A stretch of 64,000 nucleotides of DNA from positions 7,962,499 to 8,026,498 of the forward strand of contig OY970235.1 in the NCBI GenBank assembly GCA_963714145.1, read 5' to 3'. The position numbers and the translations under genes were made by a program. A model generated the notes under the pieces. That model made no database searches. It saw only the letters and a list, made by a program, of their open reading frames with translations, and was not told where the DNA came from. Source of the DNA: an uncultured Actinomycetota bacterium. Lineage in GTDB: Bacteria > Actinomycetota > Actinomycetes > Mycobacteriales > CADCTP01. Of the stretch, positions 61,546 to 64,000 are shown in pieces. Position 1 is the stretch's first letter; every line of letters begins with the position of its first letter.

Positions 61546-61998
61546 GTGCGACGAACGCTTGGACGAAGACTCGCGGTCACCATCGGGGCGGTGATCGCCA
61601 TCGTGGCCGGCTTCGCCGGCAGCCCGGCGGCGTCGGCCGGATCGCCGGCCGGCAAGCCAGGGCCGTCCGGCCCCGGCGGCGCCCTCACCAACAGCCTCTA
61701 TCCCTGCATCGTGTTTCAGGGCGGCACCTGCACGACCGTGCTGACCAACCTCAACCTGCGGGCGCAGCCGCACCGCAACTCCACCTCCCTCATCGTCATG
61801 CCGCAGGGCAGCGACTTCCAGATCAGGTGCTGGGGCTACGGCGATTCGGTGAACGGCGACAACATCTGGTACTTCGGCCAGTACTTCACCAGCATCGACG
61901 TGGGGCCGATCAGTTGGCCGATCGGATGGGCCGCCGGCTATTACCTCGCCACCGGCGCGGATCCGAACCCCAACTTCGTGAACTGCGCCGATCCGTGA
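61546..61998 (+). CDS. Secreted SH3b-like domain protein
   Basis: GGAAGGAG RBS before GTG 61546. Signal peptide RRLAVTIGAVIAIVAGFAGSPAASA. LNLRAQPHRNSTSLIVMPQGSDFQIRCWGYGDSVNGDNIWY resembles bacterial SH3. Confidence 0.6.
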   Translation: MRRTLGRRLAVTIGAVIAIVAGFAGSPAASAGSPAGKPGPSGPGGALTNSLYPCIVFQGGTCTTVLTNLNLRAQPHRNSTSLIVMPQGSDFQIRCWGYGDSVNGDNIWYFGQYFTSIDVGPISWPIGWAAGYYLATGADPNPNFVNCADP

Positions 61999-62056
61999 TC
62001 GTGAGCCGACAGGTCGCCGCCGAACCGGCGGCGGGCCAGTAGCGCACCAGTTCGCA

Positions 62057-62092
62057 CTGGTCGCGGGCGCCCGGCCGGGCGCCCGCGACCAG
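62057..62092 (+). terminator. Strong hairpin terminator after the SH3b-like gene
   Basis: CTGGTCGCGGGCGCCCGG-CCGGGCGCCCGCGACCAG is a 36-nt perfect inverted repeat, which as RNA would fold into a ~16-bp stem closing a 4-nt GGCC loop. It is followed by atccgcTTTc. Confidence 0.6.
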
Positions 62093-62251
62093 ATCCGCTT
62101 TCTCCGGTGCCTGGCCAGGCCTCGCCAGACGATCCGTTCCGGAGCGAACGGGTCTGGCCGGAAGGTCGCCCATATTGCCCGCCTGCGCAAGCTTCCTGCC
62201 CCGGCCGACATGGAACGCACTTAATCGCCGAGTAACTCGCTCTCTGTGAAT

Positions 62252-62272
62252 GAGCGGTCATCCGGACCGCTC
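62252..62272 (+). promoter_or_regulatory. 5'-UTR hairpin 17 nt upstream of the S1 peptidase start
   Basis: GAGCGGTC-atccg-GACCGCTC (8-bp stem), immediately before the AAGAGGG RBS. Confidence 0.3.
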
Positions 62273-62288
62273 AGAAAAGAGGGTCAAG

Positions 62289-63209
62289 ATGACCACAGCT
62301 CAGAGGCGATGGTGGGCGGCAGCGGCAGCGGGCCTGGCGTTTGCGGCACTGTCGCCGGCTCTGTCGGCGACCGCGGCACCGGCGCAGACATCCGGCGCTG
62401 CGACTCTCGTCAACGGTGCCGGGCGCACCGTCACGCTGTCGCCGAGCGCGATCGCGGCGCTCAGCAGTACCGCGGGTCACTCCAGCTACGTGCCGACCGG
62501 TGCCAAGCCGGCCACCACCAAGTCCGCGCCGAAAGCCAGCCCTGACTCGGTGCTCGGGCCAGACGGCCGGGTCCAGGAGGGGCCGACAACGGTGTACCCG
62601 TGGGGGTCCATCGTGCACATCGAGTCGACGATCGGCGGCTGCACCGGCTTCCTGCTCAACCGGGACACCGTCGTCACCGCGGGGCATTGCGTTTTCCTTG
62701 GCGGCTGGGCGACCAGCTACACCGTGACCCCGGGACGCAATGGCGTCAACGTCCAGCCGTACGGCTCGTGCAGTGGCGGTTCCGGCGACCTGTGGAGCAA
62801 CACGATCTGGACCGGCAGCCAGAACGAGGACTTTGACTACGGCATGATCAAGCTGACCTGCGACGTTGGCAACTCCACCGGCTGGATGGGCTGGTGGTAC
62901 AACGAGGGTGAGACGCTGACCGGCCAGTTCTTCTACGTCGAGGGTTTCCCGGGCGACAAGCCGTACGGGACGATGTGGTGGGACGGCGACACGATCGCCA
63001 GCCAGACCGGCAGCCGGCTGTTCCACAACATCGACACCTTCGGTGGTGAGAGCGGGTCGCCGATCTACCGTTTCCGGTCCGCGTCCGAGGGGCTGTGCGC
63101 CGGCTGGTGCATCACCGGCATCCACACGACCGGCGGCAGCGTGAACGGCGGCACCCGGTTCAACTCGTCCGTCATGGGCATCATCAACTTCGTCGTCGGA
63201 CTGCCGTAA
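62289..63209 (+). CDS. Secreted trypsin-like S1 serine peptidase (S1B/glutamyl-endopeptidase-like)
   Basis: Signal peptide MTTAQRRWWAAAAAGLAFAALSPALSATA. TAGHC (His), DYGMIKL (Asp) and GGESGSP (Ser). Confidence 0.9.
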   Translation: MTTAQRRWWAAAAAGLAFAALSPALSATAAPAQTSGAATLVNGAGRTVTLSPSAIAALSSTAGHSSYVPTGAKPATTKSAPKASPDSVLGPDGRVQEGPTTVYPWGSIVHIESTIGGCTGFLLNRDTVVTAGHCVFLGGWATSYTVTPGRNGVNVQPYGSCSGGSGDLWSNTIWTGSQNEDFDYGMIKLTCDVGNSTGWMGWWYNEGETLTGQFFYVEGFPGDKPYGTMWWDGDTIASQTGSRLFHNIDTFGGESGSPIYRFRSASEGLCAGWCITGIHTTGGSVNGGTRFNSSVMGIINFVVGLP

Positions 63210-63337
63210 CAGGGGGGTAGTTCGCCGCGGTAACCCTCGGCTGGCCGCCAGGACGGGCATTCCGCCCCGGCGGCCAGCCGGGAGGCCGGTTGGATCAGTT
63301 CTTGTCGAGCCCACAATGCGTGGAGTAGGGGGCAGGA

Positions 63338-63727
63338 ATGCGGCTGAGTTCGGTGCTGGTAGCGGGTTTTGCGCTTGTCGCGGCAGCGGCGTGCGGGCCG
63401 GCCGGCGCGCAGCCGCGGGGCCCGGCGCCGGTCAGCGGAGCGTCCGCGTCAACCGCCCCGCCGACCTGGGGCACCGTCAGCGGGCTCGTCACCGACGGAG
63501 CCGGCCGGCCAGCCAGCGGGGTGCTCATCGTGCCCGCGGCGGCCGATCCAGATACTCCGGCCGTGCCGGAGCTGGCCGTGCTCACCGACTCGGCCGGGCG
63601 GTACACCTGGCGGCTGTCTCCGGGGCGCTACACACTCGCGCCACACCGAGGCAACCGGCTTTACGCCGCCAAGGCTGTGACGGTGACGCCGCGCGCGCAG
63701 CTAGAGGTGAACCTCTCCCTGACCTGA
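63338..63727 (+). CDS. Lipoprotein with carboxypeptidase-regulatory-like domain
   Basis: Lipobox LVAAAAC. GTVSGLVTDGAGRPASGVLIV...TDSAGRYTWRLSPGRYTL. Confidence 0.75.
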   Translation: MRLSSVLVAGFALVAAAACGPAGAQPRGPAPVSGASASTAPPTWGTVSGLVTDGAGRPASGVLIVPAAADPDTPAVPELAVLTDSAGRYTWRLSPGRYTLAPHRGNRLYAAKAVTVTPRAQLEVNLSLT

Positions 63728-63846
63728 CTCGCGTCGTCCAGCCGGATAGCGATCCGGATGTAGTGACCTGCTGCCGATCCGTTGTCGGCGTGAAGTCCGC
63801 TGGTGGGCTAATGTCAGCGCTGACGGCGGAACACGGAGGTGACGGC

Positions 63847-64000
63847 GTGAGCGAGAACTGGGCGGCGGTCGCGCGGGAAGTCAATTCCCGCGCTGCGGCG
63901 CTCGGTCTGAAGCAGCGCGAGCTTGCCGAGAGATCCGGGGTTTCACTGGCGATCGTGCGTGAGATCCAGCACGACAAGATCCGGCGCCGGCGCAATCCGC
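63847..64000 (+). CDS. XRE-family HTH regulator, 5' partial (runs off the window)
   Basis: My own translation from GTG 63847: VSENWAAVAREVNSRAAALGLKQRELAERSGVSLAIVREIQHDKIRRRRNP. This is the Q-x-E-L-A-x-x-x-G-V-S HTH pattern. Confidence 0.55.
   Translation, partial: MSENWAAVAREVNSRAAALGLKQRELAERSGVSLAIVREIQHDKIRRRRNP

Noticed and set aside
52898-61998. Possibility that the window contains an eCIS/phage-tail-like injection locus accompanying the DUF4157 protein
   Set aside because: No sheath, tube, baseplate, spike or AAA+ ATPase-like sequences could be read in any frame around the gene. Only the cargo-like protein is present.

Overview
High-GC (about 70-75% by eye) actinomycete-type chromosomal DNA. 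It is densely coding, with no rRNA, CRISPR array, transposase or integrase, and one tRNA-Lys(UUU). Most long ORFs in the six-frame track are antisense or out-of-frame shadows typical of high-GC DNA. I called genes from recognisable motifs, RBS plus start context, and translational coupling.

Left to right:
- (1) A carbohydrate locus in which an intact ThuA/F5-8C gene is flanked by two heavily frameshifted genes, a PQQ sugar dehydrogenase and a six-hairpin glycoside hydrolase with a beta-trefoil tail.
- (2) An SDR and a thioredoxin-like lipoprotein.
- (3) A translationally coupled class-I-lanthipeptide-type RiPP operon. It has a split LanB (elimination-domain ORF first, then glutamylation-domain ORF), a 54-aa precursor, LanC and two ABC exporters. 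It is peppered with in-frame tandem repeats and an over-represented CCAC-W-GTGG palindrome.
- (4) A membrane protein, a SanA/DUF218 protein, an LPXTG surface protein and a beta-lactamase-family hydrolase.
- (5) A minus-strand conflict/signalling-like cluster: PRMT-like methyltransferase (frameshifted), vWA protein, cytoplasmic S8 peptidase, ECF sigma, a coupled 160-aa protein and a TPR-CHAT protease.
- (6) A divergent pair of operons (CDP-alcohol phosphatidyltransferase + HAD; MDR dehydrogenase + PTPS-like + GT4 + methyltransferase + LPG-synthase-TM-like + GTP cyclohydrolase II + LtaS-like transferase) that looks like an uncharacterised envelope lipid/head-group pathway.
- (7) An NTF2-like protein, a stand-alone condensation-domain protein and a PurM-like protein.
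- (8) tRNA-Lys followed by a mosaic accessory region: esterase, LuxR fragment, GNAT + nicotianamine-synthase-like pair, amidohydrolase, frameshifted amidase, and a terpene synthase sitting behind a decayed duplicate of the amidase 5' region.
- (9) An intact 2.8-kaa DUF4157-headed polymorphic-toxin-like giant protein with several repeat arrays, annexin-like repeats, a hydrophobic block, a second HExxH domain and a C-terminal candidate toxin module.
- (10) An SH3-like secreted protein, an S1 peptidase, a lipoprotein and a partial XRE regulator.

The most novel-looking items are the CRISPR-less TPR-CHAT/ECF-sigma module, the giant DUF4157 protein, the split-LanB RiPP cluster with its palindrome, and the GCH-II/PTPS/CDP-alcohol lipid cluster. 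All family calls come from motif reading only; no database search was possible.
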